This document shows, piece by piece, positions 8,259 through 18,169 of a DNA stretch of 32,000 nucleotides. Location of the stretch: assembly GCF_000091665.1 (NCBI RefSeq), contig NC_000909.1, positions 182,871 to 214,870 on the forward strand, in the 5' to 3' direction. The position numbers were made by a program, and so were the translations under genes. The DNA comes from Methanocaldococcus jannaschii DSM 2661 (lineage in GTDB: Archaea; AGJL01; Methanococci; Methanococcales; Methanocaldococcaceae). Numbering within the stretch: position 1 is the stretch's first letter; each line of letters starts with the position of its first letter. The notes beneath the pieces were generated by a model. The model did no database searches, had not been told where the DNA came from, and saw nothing but the letters and a program-made list of their open reading frames with translations.

Positions 8259-8381
8259 AGTGGGGCTGAACGTAGTGAAGCTCCACTCTGAGGTATAGTA
8301 ATCGCCCATGGGCGAGTAATGAAACCGAAGCGTAGCTTCGAGCTACAAAATCCAAAGGATTTTGTTAAATCCGTAGGATTT
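8259..8381 (+). repeat. tandem array of short hairpin-forming palindromes between rpoK and the enolase-like gene
   Basis: Stems read directly: 8259-8267/8279-8287, 8303-8314 (CGCCCATGGGCG), 8326-8331/8335-8340, 8332-8337/8341-8346, 8346-8353/8357-8364, 8367-8372/8376-8381. Confidence 0.75.
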
Positions 8382-8444
8382 CATCTGATAGGAGAAGGCA
8401 TAAACAATTAAATTATAATTATTTTTTAATTGAGGTGGATGTAA

Positions 8445-9389
8445 TTGACAAATGTTATTATTGAAAAAATAAGTGCAAAAGAAGTTTTTAAAGGAGCTAA
8501 AATTAAGGTAATGATTACAACAATGACAAATATTTCTATTGGCTATGACATCATTGAAGTGAATAATCCAGAGGAAGCAATAGCTGATGTTGAAAATGTT
8601 ATAGCCCCAGAACTCATTGGATATCCAGCAACTGACATTGATTTTATTGATTCATTAATTTGTGAAACATCAGTTAATAATCCTACTGTAGCAATGGGAA
8701 TTTCTATTAGCGTAGCAAGAGCGGCTTCAAACAGCTTAGATATTCCTTTATTTAAATTTTTAGGGGGAGCTTTAACAACTGAACTACCAATAGTTGCTTC
8801 TGGCATATTAGTTGATAAAGATAAGAATGAGTTAATTCCAATAGTCATGGCTGATTCCATTGAAGATATAGTTAATTTATATCTAAAGCTCACAGATGTC
8901 TTATCTCATGATTATAGTATTGTAAATATTGATGGAGCATACACATGCAAGGACATATTTAATGAAATTCCAAAGATTAGGAATTTGATAGATGAAATTA
9001 AAGAAGATGAGGATTTAGATATATTATTGGGACTTAGTTCTAAAAAGGAAACTGTTAAAGATAAGGATTTATCTCAGATTGATTACTTAGAGGTTGAAGA
9101 GCCTGTTGAATTTGATGGATTTCTATGCACGGACAGCATTTATGAGGAAAGTGATTTTGTTAAAGTTTTCCCATATGAAATGGGAACAATAACTGAGATG
9201 TATTATTACATAAACTACATTATGGATAAAGGGCTTTATCCAGTAATATTTGGAAATAACTCATCATTTGCTCACATTGCAGTTAGTTTCAAGGTTCCTT
9301 TTTTAAGACCTAAGCTATCTTCAAATGTGCTAAATGAAGTTTGGAACATAGAGAGAACCATAATGAATCCAAATATAAGGAGGTTTTAG
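8445..9389 (+). CDS. Enolase-like protein lacking canonical catalytic motifs
   Basis: 314 aa; enolase-like IEKISAKEV, SVNNPTVAMGISISVARAASNSLDIPLFKFLGG, IDYLEVEEPVEFDG, VKVFPYEMGTITEM; but FGNNSSFAH where enolases have SHRSGETED. SD gaggtgg before TTG 8445. Confidence 0.8.
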   Translation: MTNVIIEKISAKEVFKGAKIKVMITTMTNISIGYDIIEVNNPEEAIADVENVIAPELIGYPATDIDFIDSLICETSVNNPTVAMGISISVARAASNSLDIPLFKFLGGALTTELPIVASGILVDKDKNELIPIVMADSIEDIVNLYLKLTDVLSHDYSIVNIDGAYTCKDIFNEIPKIRNLIDEIKEDEDLDILLGLSSKKETVKDKDLSQIDYLEVEEPVEFDGFLCTDSIYEESDFVKVFPYEMGTITEMYYYINYIMDKGLYPVIFGNNSSFAHIAVSFKVPFLRPKLSSNVLNEVWNIERTIMNPNIRRF

Positions 9390-9511
9390 CTCCATATTTT
9401 ATTTTAAATTTTAATTATTGTTTTCCGATATCATTTCCGATAATTATATATATCAAGTAGTAATCTTAATCAATTATTAAATCAATTATTAACATTTTAG
9501 AGGTGGTAATA

Positions 9512-9700
9512 ATGGCTGTAACAATAGATTACAGCTTATGTAAAGGGGCAGAGTGTGCAGAATGTGTAAATAACTGCCCAATGGAAGTTTTTGAAATTGA
9601 GGGAGATAAAGTAGTTGTTGCAAGACCTGATGACTGCACTTATTGTGGAGTCTGTGAAGATGTCTGTCCAACAGGAGCTGTAAAAGTTGAACCAGAATAA
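9512..9700 (+). CDS. 2[4Fe-4S] ferredoxin
   Basis: 62 aa with CxxxxxCxxCxxxCP (CKGAECAECVNNCP) and CTYCGVCEDVCP cluster motifs; ATG 9512 preceded by aggtgg. Confidence 0.93.
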   Translation: MAVTIDYSLCKGAECAECVNNCPMEVFEIEGDKVVVARPDDCTYCGVCEDVCPTGAVKVEPE

Positions 9701-9745
9701 AAGAGCAAATTTAAATTCTTTTCTGTTATTTTGTAAAATCTTTTT

Positions 9746-9994
9746 TTATTGTTCCATTTCTTCCAATGCTTTAAACAATTCTTCCCAAGCTTCTAAACTT
9801 AATTTAGCATCTTCTTCACTTAAAACTTCTAAAGCATAGCCAGTGTGGATTAATATATAATCTCCTATTTTAACCTCCTTATCTAAAAGTGTTAATTTTG
9901 CCTTTTGCTTAACTCCTTTATATTCAGCTATTGCGTATTTCTCTCCATCTTCCTCTATAATCTCAACAACCTTACATGGAATTGCCAGACACAT
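9746..9994 (-). CDS. hypC: Hydrogenase assembly chaperone HypC
   Basis: [12 protein letters not shown]...[15 protein letters not shown], 82 aa. Confidence 0.95.
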
Positions 9995-10130
9995 TTTATC
10001 ACCAAAAATAAATTACAGTCTTTTAATATAAAATTCTGTTTATGAAATTATCTGTTTTTAGTATTAATAAAAATGTTTTTTATTGCTTTTTAAGTATTTA
10101 ACTAAATCTAATTAATATAAACTGCACCTA

Positions 10131-10613
10131 TCAAAAATGAATATGGTCTTTTAAAACAAATGGTAAAATAACCATCCCATGCCTAATCAATCTACTTAAA
10201 AAAACTGCAATCATATATCTCTCAAATGGCATTTCAAAACTCCCACAAACCCAGCATATAACCTCAAAAGGAATTGGTGTAAAGCTTGCAATTATAACTC
10301 CCAAAATTCCCCATTTTTTTAAATAATGACTTCCCTTTTTTATTTTTTCTTCATCAAATAATTTTAACATTAACTTTTCCCCATACTTTTTTGCAAGATA
10401 ATATGTAACGACAGCCCCAAAATTACAGGCAATTGTTGATATAAGCCAAACTAATTTCCAATCTAACCCTAATAAAATACCTGCTATAATAAATATCTCT
10501 GTTGGGAATGGTTGAAATATTGGCTCAGAAAATCCAACCAAAAATATACCAAAATACCCATAATCCTTTATAAGGTTTAATAAGAATTCTTTAAATAGTT
10601 CAAGGTTAATCAT
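10131..10613 (-). CDS. DedA/VTT-family membrane protein
   Basis: 160 aa; GYFGIFLVGFSEPIFQPFPTEIFIIAGILLGL, NFGAVVTYYLAKKYGEK, FTPIPFEVICWVCG. Confidence 0.8.
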   Translation of the reverse strand: MINLELFKEFLLNLIKDYGYFGIFLVGFSEPIFQPFPTEIFIIAGILLGLDWKLVWLISTIACNFGAVVTYYLAKKYGEKLMLKLFDEEKIKKGSHYLKKWGILGVIIASFTPIPFEVICWVCGSFEMPFERYMIAVFLSRLIRHGMVILPFVLKDHIHF

Positions 10614-10705
10614 ATTTATCGCCGTATTGTTTAAGAGTTTGAAGATTTATTTATAACTTATCTTAAAATTTGGTCTTACTAATTCTTAAATTTCATGGTG
10701 AGAGT

Positions 10706-11584
10706 GTGAAAATAAAACCAGAATGTGCTATCTGTATAATAAGGCAGGTCGTTGATGCCGCTAATGAGATAACAGATGATGAAAGAGAGCAGTTTAGATT
10801 AATAAAAAGTACTATGGAAGTTATTAAAGATGTTTATGGTGAGAGTGCGGTTCCAGCATGGATGGGGACTGTAGTGCATAGATATTTAAAGAAAATTAGC
10901 AACAACAACGACCCTTACAAAAATTTGAAAGAGAAGGCAAACAAAATAGCCCTTCAGTATTTAGATAAAGTTAGGGAGATGAGTAATACAGATGATGAGC
11001 TTGAAAGATTGAGAAAGAAGGTTTTAGCAACAATTGCAGGAAACGTTATTGACTTTGGAGCTTACAGCACAGGGATAAATATTGAAAAGTTAATTGAAGA
11101 CACATTAAATGGGGAGTTAAAGATAGACAACAGCAGAAAGCTCTTAAATGATTTAAAAGATAAAAACATAAAAAAGATTTTGTATATATGTGATAACGCT
11201 GGAGAGATTATTTTTGATAGGGTTTTAATGGAAGAGATTAAAAAATATGATAAAGATATCGTTGCAGTAGTTAAAGGAAAACCAATTCTAAACGATGCTA
11301 CATTAGAAGATGCAAAGATAGCCAAGATTGATGAGATAGCCAAGGTTATAACAACCGGCTCAGATATCATTGGAATTATTTTAGAAGAGTGTTCAGAAGA
11401 ATTTTTGAAAGAGTTTGAAAGTGCTGATTTAATCATTGCTAAGGGAATGGGTAATTATGAAAGTTTAACAGAATATGAAGATAAGATAGATAAACCAATC
11501 TATTATATATTGAAAGCTAAATGCAAACCAGTTGCTGAAAATATTGGTGTCGATGTAGGGGATAATGTTTTGTTAAAAAGATAA
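10706..11584 (+). CDS. DUF89/ARMT1-like family protein, GTG start
   Basis: MKIKPECAICIIRQVVDAA..., GNVIDFG, ILYICDNAGEIIFDRVLMEEI, ADLIIAKGMGNYESL: DUF89 motifs. Confidence 0.88.
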   Translation: MKIKPECAICIIRQVVDAANEITDDEREQFRLIKSTMEVIKDVYGESAVPAWMGTVVHRYLKKISNNNDPYKNLKEKANKIALQYLDKVREMSNTDDELERLRKKVLATIAGNVIDFGAYSTGINIEKLIEDTLNGELKIDNSRKLLNDLKDKNIKKILYICDNAGEIIFDRVLMEEIKKYDKDIVAVVKGKPILNDATLEDAKIAKIDEIAKVITTGSDIIGIILEECSEEFLKEFESADLIIAKGMGNYESLTEYEDKIDKPIYYILKAKCKPVAENIGVDVGDNVLLKR

Positions 11585-11600
11585 AAAGATAATAGTATAA

Positions 11601-11670
11601 GACTTTCTGTAGTTTAAATATTCCATAATGCAAATTGGATGTTTAAAAAATTTTTATTCCTACAAAAATC
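11601..11670. repeat. intergenic inverted-repeat element B, resembling element A
   Basis: GACTTTCTGTAG (11601-11612) opposite CTACAAAAATC (11660-11670); shares the ACTTTCnnnAGTTT and TTTATTCCTAC words with element A. Confidence 0.35.
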
Positions 11671-11704
11671 GTATAGTTATTGAAACAAATAATGAGGAGA
11701 TATT

Positions 11705-12757
11705 ATGGTTACTTACAAAGATGCAGGAGTAGATATATCTCACGAAGATAAAGTAATTAAAGCCTTAGTTTCACAGATAACATTTAAGAGAAGTGATATA
11801 AAACCAGCTGAGTTAGGATTGCACTATGCAGGAGCTGTTGAGTTTGGAGATTATTATTTAGTTTTATCTACAGATGGTGTTGGAAGTAAGATGATAGTTG
11901 CAGAGATGGCTAATAAATTTGATACCGTTGGAATTGACATGATTGCTATGAATGTAAATGATGCCATCTGTATTGGGGCAGAGCCTATAGCGTTGGTTGA
12001 TTACTTAGCAGTTGGACATATAACCGAAGAGATAGCTGAGCAAATAGGAAAAGGATTAAATGAAGGAGCTAAAGAGGCAAATATAAACATTGTTGGTGGT
12101 GAAACAGCTACACTACCAGATATGATTAAAGGTATTGATTTAGCAGGAACTGTGTTAGCAATAGTTAAGAAGGATGAAATCATAACTGGAAAGGATGTTA
12201 AAGCTGGAGATGTGATTGTTGGTTTAAGAAGCTCTGGAATACATAGCAATGGGTTATCATTGGCAAGGAAGGTATTTTTTGACATAGCTAAGTTAGACAT
12301 TAATGACAAACTCTCTTATGGAAAGACAGTTGCTGAAGAGCTTTTAACACCAACAAGGATTTATGTAAAGCCAGTTTTGGAGATGATTAGAGATAAAGAT
12401 ATAGAAGTTAAGGGTTTAGCCCACATAACTGGAGGAAGTTTTAGAAAGCTTAAAAGATTGAATGATAAAGTAACTTACTATATTGACAACCTTCCAGAGC
12501 CATTACCAATATTTAAAGAGATTCAAAGATTGGGTAATGTGCCTGATGAAGAGATGTTTAGAACGTTTAATATGGGTATTGGATTCTGTGTAATTGTTGA
12601 TGAAGAAGATGCCAACAAAGTTATAAAAATAGCTAATAAATATAATATCCCAGCCCAAGTAATAGGTAGAGTTGTTGATAGCTTAGAGGTTAATGGAAAT
12701 AAGATTGTTGGTAAAGCTGTTGTTAAATATAATGATAAGCATATAATATTAGAATAA
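11705..12757 (+). CDS. purM: Phosphoribosylformylglycinamidine cyclo-ligase
   Basis: MVTYKDAGVDI, LSTDGVGSKMIVAE, MNVNDAICIGAEPIALVDYLAV, GLAHITGGSFRKL. Confidence 0.96.
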   Translation: MVTYKDAGVDISHEDKVIKALVSQITFKRSDIKPAELGLHYAGAVEFGDYYLVLSTDGVGSKMIVAEMANKFDTVGIDMIAMNVNDAICIGAEPIALVDYLAVGHITEEIAEQIGKGLNEGAKEANINIVGGETATLPDMIKGIDLAGTVLAIVKKDEIITGKDVKAGDVIVGLRSSGIHSNGLSLARKVFFDIAKLDINDKLSYGKTVAEELLTPTRIYVKPVLEMIRDKDIEVKGLAHITGGSFRKLKRLNDKVTYYIDNLPEPLPIFKEIQRLGNVPDEEMFRTFNMGIGFCVIVDEEDANKVIKIANKYNIPAQVIGRVVDSLEVNGNKIVGKAVVKYNDKHIILE

Positions 12758-12856
12758 AAATAAATTATCTTTTTAATTTTACTAATTCTTCTTAATTTTC
12801 TTCTTTCTTTTTATTTATTTGCTAAAAGTCTAAAAAACTAAAAAAGGGTTTTTAAT

Positions 12857-14272
12857 ATGTGTGGGATATTTGGAATCTACTCTTATGAAAGGTTAAATGT
12901 AGCTAAAAAAATTTATTATGGGTTGTTTGCTTTACAGCATAGAGGGCAGGAAGGGGCTGGAATTGCTACAAGTGATGGGAAAAATATACACTACTATAAA
13001 AATATTGGATTAGTTACAGATGTTTTTAAAAATGAGACATTACAAAACTTATTTGGCTATATTGGAATTGGACATGTAAGATATTCAACAACGGGAGGAA
13101 AGGCTGTTGAAAACTGTCAGCCGTTTGTAGTTAAAAGTTCATTTGGTAATATAGCTATAGCCCATAATGGAGATTTAGTAAATTCAGACGAATTAAGAAG
13201 AGAATTAGAGATGAAGGGGCATATATTCACTTCTTCAACTGACTCTGAAGTTATAGCTCAACTTTTGGTTAGAGAATTGTTAAAAACATCTGATAAGATT
13301 GAGGCAATAAAAAATACATTAAAAAAGCTCGTTGGAGCTTATTCACTTTTAATAATGTTTAATGATTCCTTAATTGCAGTAAGAGACCCTTGGGGCTTTA
13401 AACCATTGTGTATTGGAAGAGATGAGAGCAATATCTATATATCATCTGAGGATTGTGCATTAACAACCTTAGATGCTGAATTTGTTAAAGATATTGAGCC
13501 AGGAGAAATTATAGAAATTAAAGACGGGGAAATAATATCTCATAAATTAGATTATGGTGTTTCTGAATACAACCCTGTGAATGTCGATGTGCCATGTATA
13601 TACAGAGGAGCGGCAACTTGTATGTTTGAGTATGTGTATTTTGCAAGACCTGACTCAACAATTGATGGTATTAGCGTCTATAAGGTTAGAAAGAGGATTG
13701 GAAAAATTTTGGCTAAAGAACATCCAGTAGATGCTGATGTTGTTTCTCCAATCCCCGATTCAGGAGTCACATTTGCCTTAGGATTTTCTGAAGAGTCAGG
13801 GATTCCATACTATGAAGGTTTAATAAAGAACAGATATGTTGGAAGAACTTTTATTCTTCCATCCCAAAATGAGAGAGAATTGGCAGTAAGGTTAAAATTA
13901 AGTCCAGTAAAAAGTGTATTGGAAGGGAAGAGGGTTGTTTTGGTTGATGATAGTATTGTTAGAGGAACAACATCAAGAAGAATTGTAAATATGGTTAGAA
14001 AAGCTGGAGCTAAGGAGGTGCATTTAAGAATTGGCTGTCCTAAGATTATATCCCCTTGCTATTATGGTATAGATATGGCTACTAAAAAGGAACTTATTGC
14101 CTCAAACAAAACAGAAGAAGAGATAGGGAAAGCTATTGGAGTTGATTCTATTGGATATTTATCATTAGAGGGATTAGTTAAAGCTATAGGTAGAAAAGAT
14201 TTATGTTTAGCTTGTGTAACTGGAAAATATCCAACTGAAGTTAATTTTGAAAAGATATTGGGGAGAGAATAA
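12857..14272 (+). CDS. purF: Amidophosphoribosyltransferase
   Basis: MCGIFGIY N-terminal nucleophile glutaminase, [22 protein letters not shown] PRTase motif. Confidence 0.97.
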   Translation: MCGIFGIYSYERLNVAKKIYYGLFALQHRGQEGAGIATSDGKNIHYYKNIGLVTDVFKNETLQNLFGYIGIGHVRYSTTGGKAVENCQPFVVKSSFGNIAIAHNGDLVNSDELRRELEMKGHIFTSSTDSEVIAQLLVRELLKTSDKIEAIKNTLKKLVGAYSLLIMFNDSLIAVRDPWGFKPLCIGRDESNIYISSEDCALTTLDAEFVKDIEPGEIIEIKDGEIISHKLDYGVSEYNPVNVDVPCIYRGAATCMFEYVYFARPDSTIDGISVYKVRKRIGKILAKEHPVDADVVSPIPDSGVTFALGFSEESGIPYYEGLIKNRYVGRTFILPSQNERELAVRLKLSPVKSVLEGKRVVLVDDSIVRGTTSRRIVNMVRKAGAKEVHLRIGCPKIISPCYYGIDMATKKELIASNKTEEEIGKAIGVDSIGYLSLEGLVKAIGRKDLCLACVTGKYPTEVNFEKILGRE

Positions 14273-14533
14273 CTATCTTTTATCCATACAGTCAATATAA
14301 TATTTATCAATATTGCGTAATATCGTCAGTGCTTCATTATTTATTTTTCTTCATACCCTTGAGTCGCTTTCTTAGCTTCTTTTAAAAATTCGTTGTCAGG
14401 TAGAGATAACAAATAATCTTTTGAAAGGTTTTTTCAAAATAAACCCGTTTATATTATATTACTAATAAATTCTACCAAATCTTTAATAGTAAAATAAAGA
14501 AATAGAATAAAAAAGATATTTTCTTAATTTAAT

Positions 14534-15598
14534 TTATATGTATTTCTTAACAAAATATTCCGCATTTAACACACTTGCCCCAGCAGCTCCTCTGATTGTA
14601 TTATGCTCTAACGCAGTGTATTTAACATCAAATATTGGGTCTTTTCTTATTCTACCAACAACGATACTCATTCCATTTCCTTCATTTCTATCTAATCTTG
14701 GTTGTGGCCTATCTATCTCTTCTCTAATAACAATTGGTTTAGCATAGGTTGGGAGGTTTAAATCCTTCAACGGGTCGAATTTGTCCATAACCTCTTTTAT
14801 CTCTTCTGGCTCAGCTCCTTCTTTTGTTTTGACGAATATGCTTTCAGTATGCCCATCTATAACTGCAACCCTATTGCATGAGGCACTTATTTTAAAGTTC
14901 GCAAGCTCAACTTTTCCATCTTTTAAAGTTCCTAAAAGCTTTAAGCTCTCTGTTTGCATTTTTTCTTCTTCATTTTTAATAAATGGAATTAAATTGTCTA
15001 AGATTGCCATTGAAGGAACGCCATTATAACCTGCTCCACTAACTGCCTGCATTGTTGCTATAAAAACAGCCTCTAAGCCAAATTTATCCATTATTGGTTT
15101 TAAGGTTATGACAGCACAGATTGTTGAACAGTTGGGGTTTGTTATAATTGCTCCATCCCATCCTCTCTTTTCTCTCTGAATTTCTATCAACTCCAAGTGG
15201 TCTGCATTAACCTCAGGAATTACCAATGGAACATCCTCTTCCATTCTATAAGCTGATGCGTTAGAGAAAATCAACTTCCCTTCCTTAGCAAATTCTGGCT
15301 CAAACTTTTTAGCTAAATCTGATGGTAAAGCTGAGAAGACAATATCAACATCTTCAAACTCCTCATGCTTAGGGTCTGTTGGAATAACAACCATATCCTT
15401 TATATTTTCTGGAATATCTCTATCTTGGAACCAATAACATGCATCTTTATACTTTTTCCCAGCACTTCTCTCTGATGCTGCTAAAGCTGTTAATTCAAAC
15501 ATTGGATGGTCTGCCAACAATTGGACAAATCTCTGCCCCACGCTTCCAGTAGCTCCTAAGACACCAACTTTTATCTTCATCTTTTCACCTTTAGACAA
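14534..15598 (-). CDS. asd: Aspartate-semialdehyde dehydrogenase
   Basis: [62 protein letters not shown]. Confidence 0.96.
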
Positions 15599-15998
15599 TT
15601 ATCTTAAAAATCAACTCTTTCCCTTCTTTTAATTTTTTTACTATCTCTCTATTAATATCTTTTGCTGATTTATTTGCATTAATCATTAGTGTTCTTGGGC
15701 ATATATAATTACTCTTTCTAATAACCATGTCTGTTGGATGGTTTAAAATTAAATCTTTATGCCCCTCTCCAATTATAGTGTCTTTTATTCCTTCAACTTC
15801 AATCTCTACAATTATTTTTTTAGCATTTCTAAGCTTTTCCTTAAATTCTTCACTAAAATCAGTCATAGATTTATCTGCATCTATTCCTATAATGCAGTGT
15901 CCTGTTGGAGTTAAATAATCCTCTTTTGTAATCTCTAAGGTTGTTTTATGGGTAGCTGAGACATTTTTATGCCCTTTAGCTTTGATAATAAATTCCAT
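15591..15998 (-). CDS. DUF371 family protein
   Basis: 135 aa; [37 protein letters not shown] typical of archaeal DUF371. Confidence 0.75.
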
Positions 15999-16093
15999 TA
16001 ATATCCCTCATAAAATTATTTAAAGGTATATAATATTTATAATCATATATATCTTCCTATACATCTGTATAAAAAACACTACAGGGTGGTAAC

Positions 16094-16549
16094 ATGGTTC
16101 TATATAAAATTAGAAGATCAAAAAACGATCCCTGTCCATCAATACCTTCAGCGGTAATTATAGGATATTCTGTTGGATTAAAATTAATTACTGGACATGG
16201 AGCTCAGAGCTTAAGCAATATGGCTGGTTCTTATGCTGGAAAGGAATTGGGAATTTACGCAATGAATAATGGTTATGAATTTAAGGATATTAAAGATATT
16301 GAAAGATTTCTTAACCAGTTAGATTTTGCAAAGATAGAGATGAATGAGGAAGAGGATGAAATTATAGTAAAGATATCAAAATGCAATCTCTGCCCAAAGA
16401 GAATTTGTGGCTATGAATTTGAAGGAACAGCATGCCCTTGGGGAGGATTGTTAATTGGATTTATAAGTGAAACTTTAAAGTATAATTTAGGCTACCAAAT
16501 GAATTTAAAGCCAGCTGAAACATGTATTATTAAATTAAAGAAGAAATAA
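16094..16549 (+). CDS. Uncharacterised archaeal protein with C-terminal Cys motif, possibly V4R-like
   Basis: 151 aa ORF with CNLCPKRICGYEFEGTACPWGGLLIGFISETL. Confidence 0.65.
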   Translation: MVLYKIRRSKNDPCPSIPSAVIIGYSVGLKLITGHGAQSLSNMAGSYAGKELGIYAMNNGYEFKDIKDIERFLNQLDFAKIEMNEEEDEIIVKISKCNLCPKRICGYEFEGTACPWGGLLIGFISETLKYNLGYQMNLKPAETCIIKLKKK

Positions 16550-16552
16550 AAC

Positions 16553-17293
16553 TTATCTAATATTAAAAAACTCCAAAATCTCATAAGGATGCTTTAATAC
16601 AATAACATCCTCCAACTCCATCAATTTTCTTGTATTTTCAGCATCTATCTTTCTAACCCTCATCTTAATCTCTTTTCCCTCAATTATTGCATTATAAGGG
16701 CAAACTTTTTTACAATTTCCACATCCTAAGCATTTAGATAATAATATCTCAACAAAATTATCCCTCTTAACTATAGCTCCATTTGGACAGACGTTTATAC
16801 ATTTTAAACAGAGTTTGCATTTCTTTTTATCAATTGCATAAGGAAGTTTTGTTGTTACAATCCCAGCTTTATAATCAACTGGAACTATTAAAGATTTAAC
16901 AAATCCTTTCCCTGCCTGAGCTATAGCATTTGTTACTAAGCTATCTGCAATGCCATTAACAACCTTAGCAACGGTATTTCCAGTAGCTGGTGAGCAAATT
17001 AAATAATCATACTTTCCTAAGCTCAATCTTCCAGTGATTGGTGATGAGTAAGGATGTTCTCTCTCCAATATAAGCTCTTCATAATAATTTCCATTAGAGA
17101 TATTATACAATTCCCCAAACAACCCATACATCTTTACAACTTCCTCTCCAGCCCTTGAAACTAAGGTAGTTACCTTCAAATCTTCAATTTCTTCTTTTAA
17201 TCGTTTCATTACTTGGAAGCTCTCCCTCAACAAATGCCCCGCTCCTGTAATACACCAAACTATCTTCATATTTATCCCAAACCTATAATTCAT
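16553..17293 (-). CDS. Archaeoflavoprotein (MJ0208 type) with C-terminal 2[4Fe-4S] domain
   Basis: [19 protein letters not shown] flavoprotein-like N-terminus, [29 protein letters not shown], then [12 protein letters not shown] and [12 protein letters not shown]. Confidence 0.87.
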
Positions 17294-18083
17294 CTAAGCT
17301 TAAATTTTTCAATCTTTCAGCAATATAGTCAATCATATCTTTCAAATTTTTCTTGTTGTCAAAATCTTCAACTATCTTTAAAAGCTCTTCTCTATCCTTA
17401 TTTTTAAATTCTTTAACATATTTAATTAACAAAGGCATAGCTCTTGTTAGCTCATCCACTATTGTTATTGTTGATTTTCTTGCAGTTCTTGATAATGGAT
17501 TTAAATCTATAGCTATAACCTTTTTACCCATATTAACCAATGCCTCAGCCCTATCTCCATCCTCCAATGGAACTAAAACAACATCAGCAGTAAATATTCC
17601 TTCTTCTGAAACCTTTCCTCTCAAGCTATCCAAATTAGGAATCTGCTTATTTGCATCATCTATTCCCAAGATTTTTATCTTTCCTGTCTCAATATCATCT
17701 TTGAATTTTTCTTCAAATGCTCTTTTTATAGCCAATTCTCTCTCTTTAGTTCTATAGAATAGATTAACCTCTATTTTTCCATTTAATTCTTTTGCAAGCT
17801 CAACAACTTCATCTATTGCTAACGCTACAGTGTTTCCATTAACACTTATCACTGGATTTTCAGCTAAAATTAATAGAGCAGCAGCAGCTTTTATTGCCTC
17901 CAATGCTATTGGTGCTGTTTTTTCTCCAATTAAATAATCAAAAGTCTCTCCTCTACCGTGAGCTATCAATCCAGCCTTAGCTAAAATTCCTTTATCTAAA
18001 GCTTCAATTATCTTCTCTCTCTTCATTAATGACTCATATCTTGGATGTGTTTTAGGAATCTGCATTCTCATCACCGACAACAT
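17283..18083 (-). CDS. 4-phosphopantoate--beta-alanine ligase (archaeal phosphopantothenate synthetase, former DUF137)
   Basis: [42 protein letters not shown] and [26 protein letters not shown] are hallmarks of this family. Confidence 0.88.
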
Positions 18084-18169
18084 TAAACCTATAAATTTAT
18101 CACCAAATTTTTTATATGATAATTTTAAAATTTTGCATTAAAAAGAAATTTATCATTTAAGGTGATAGG

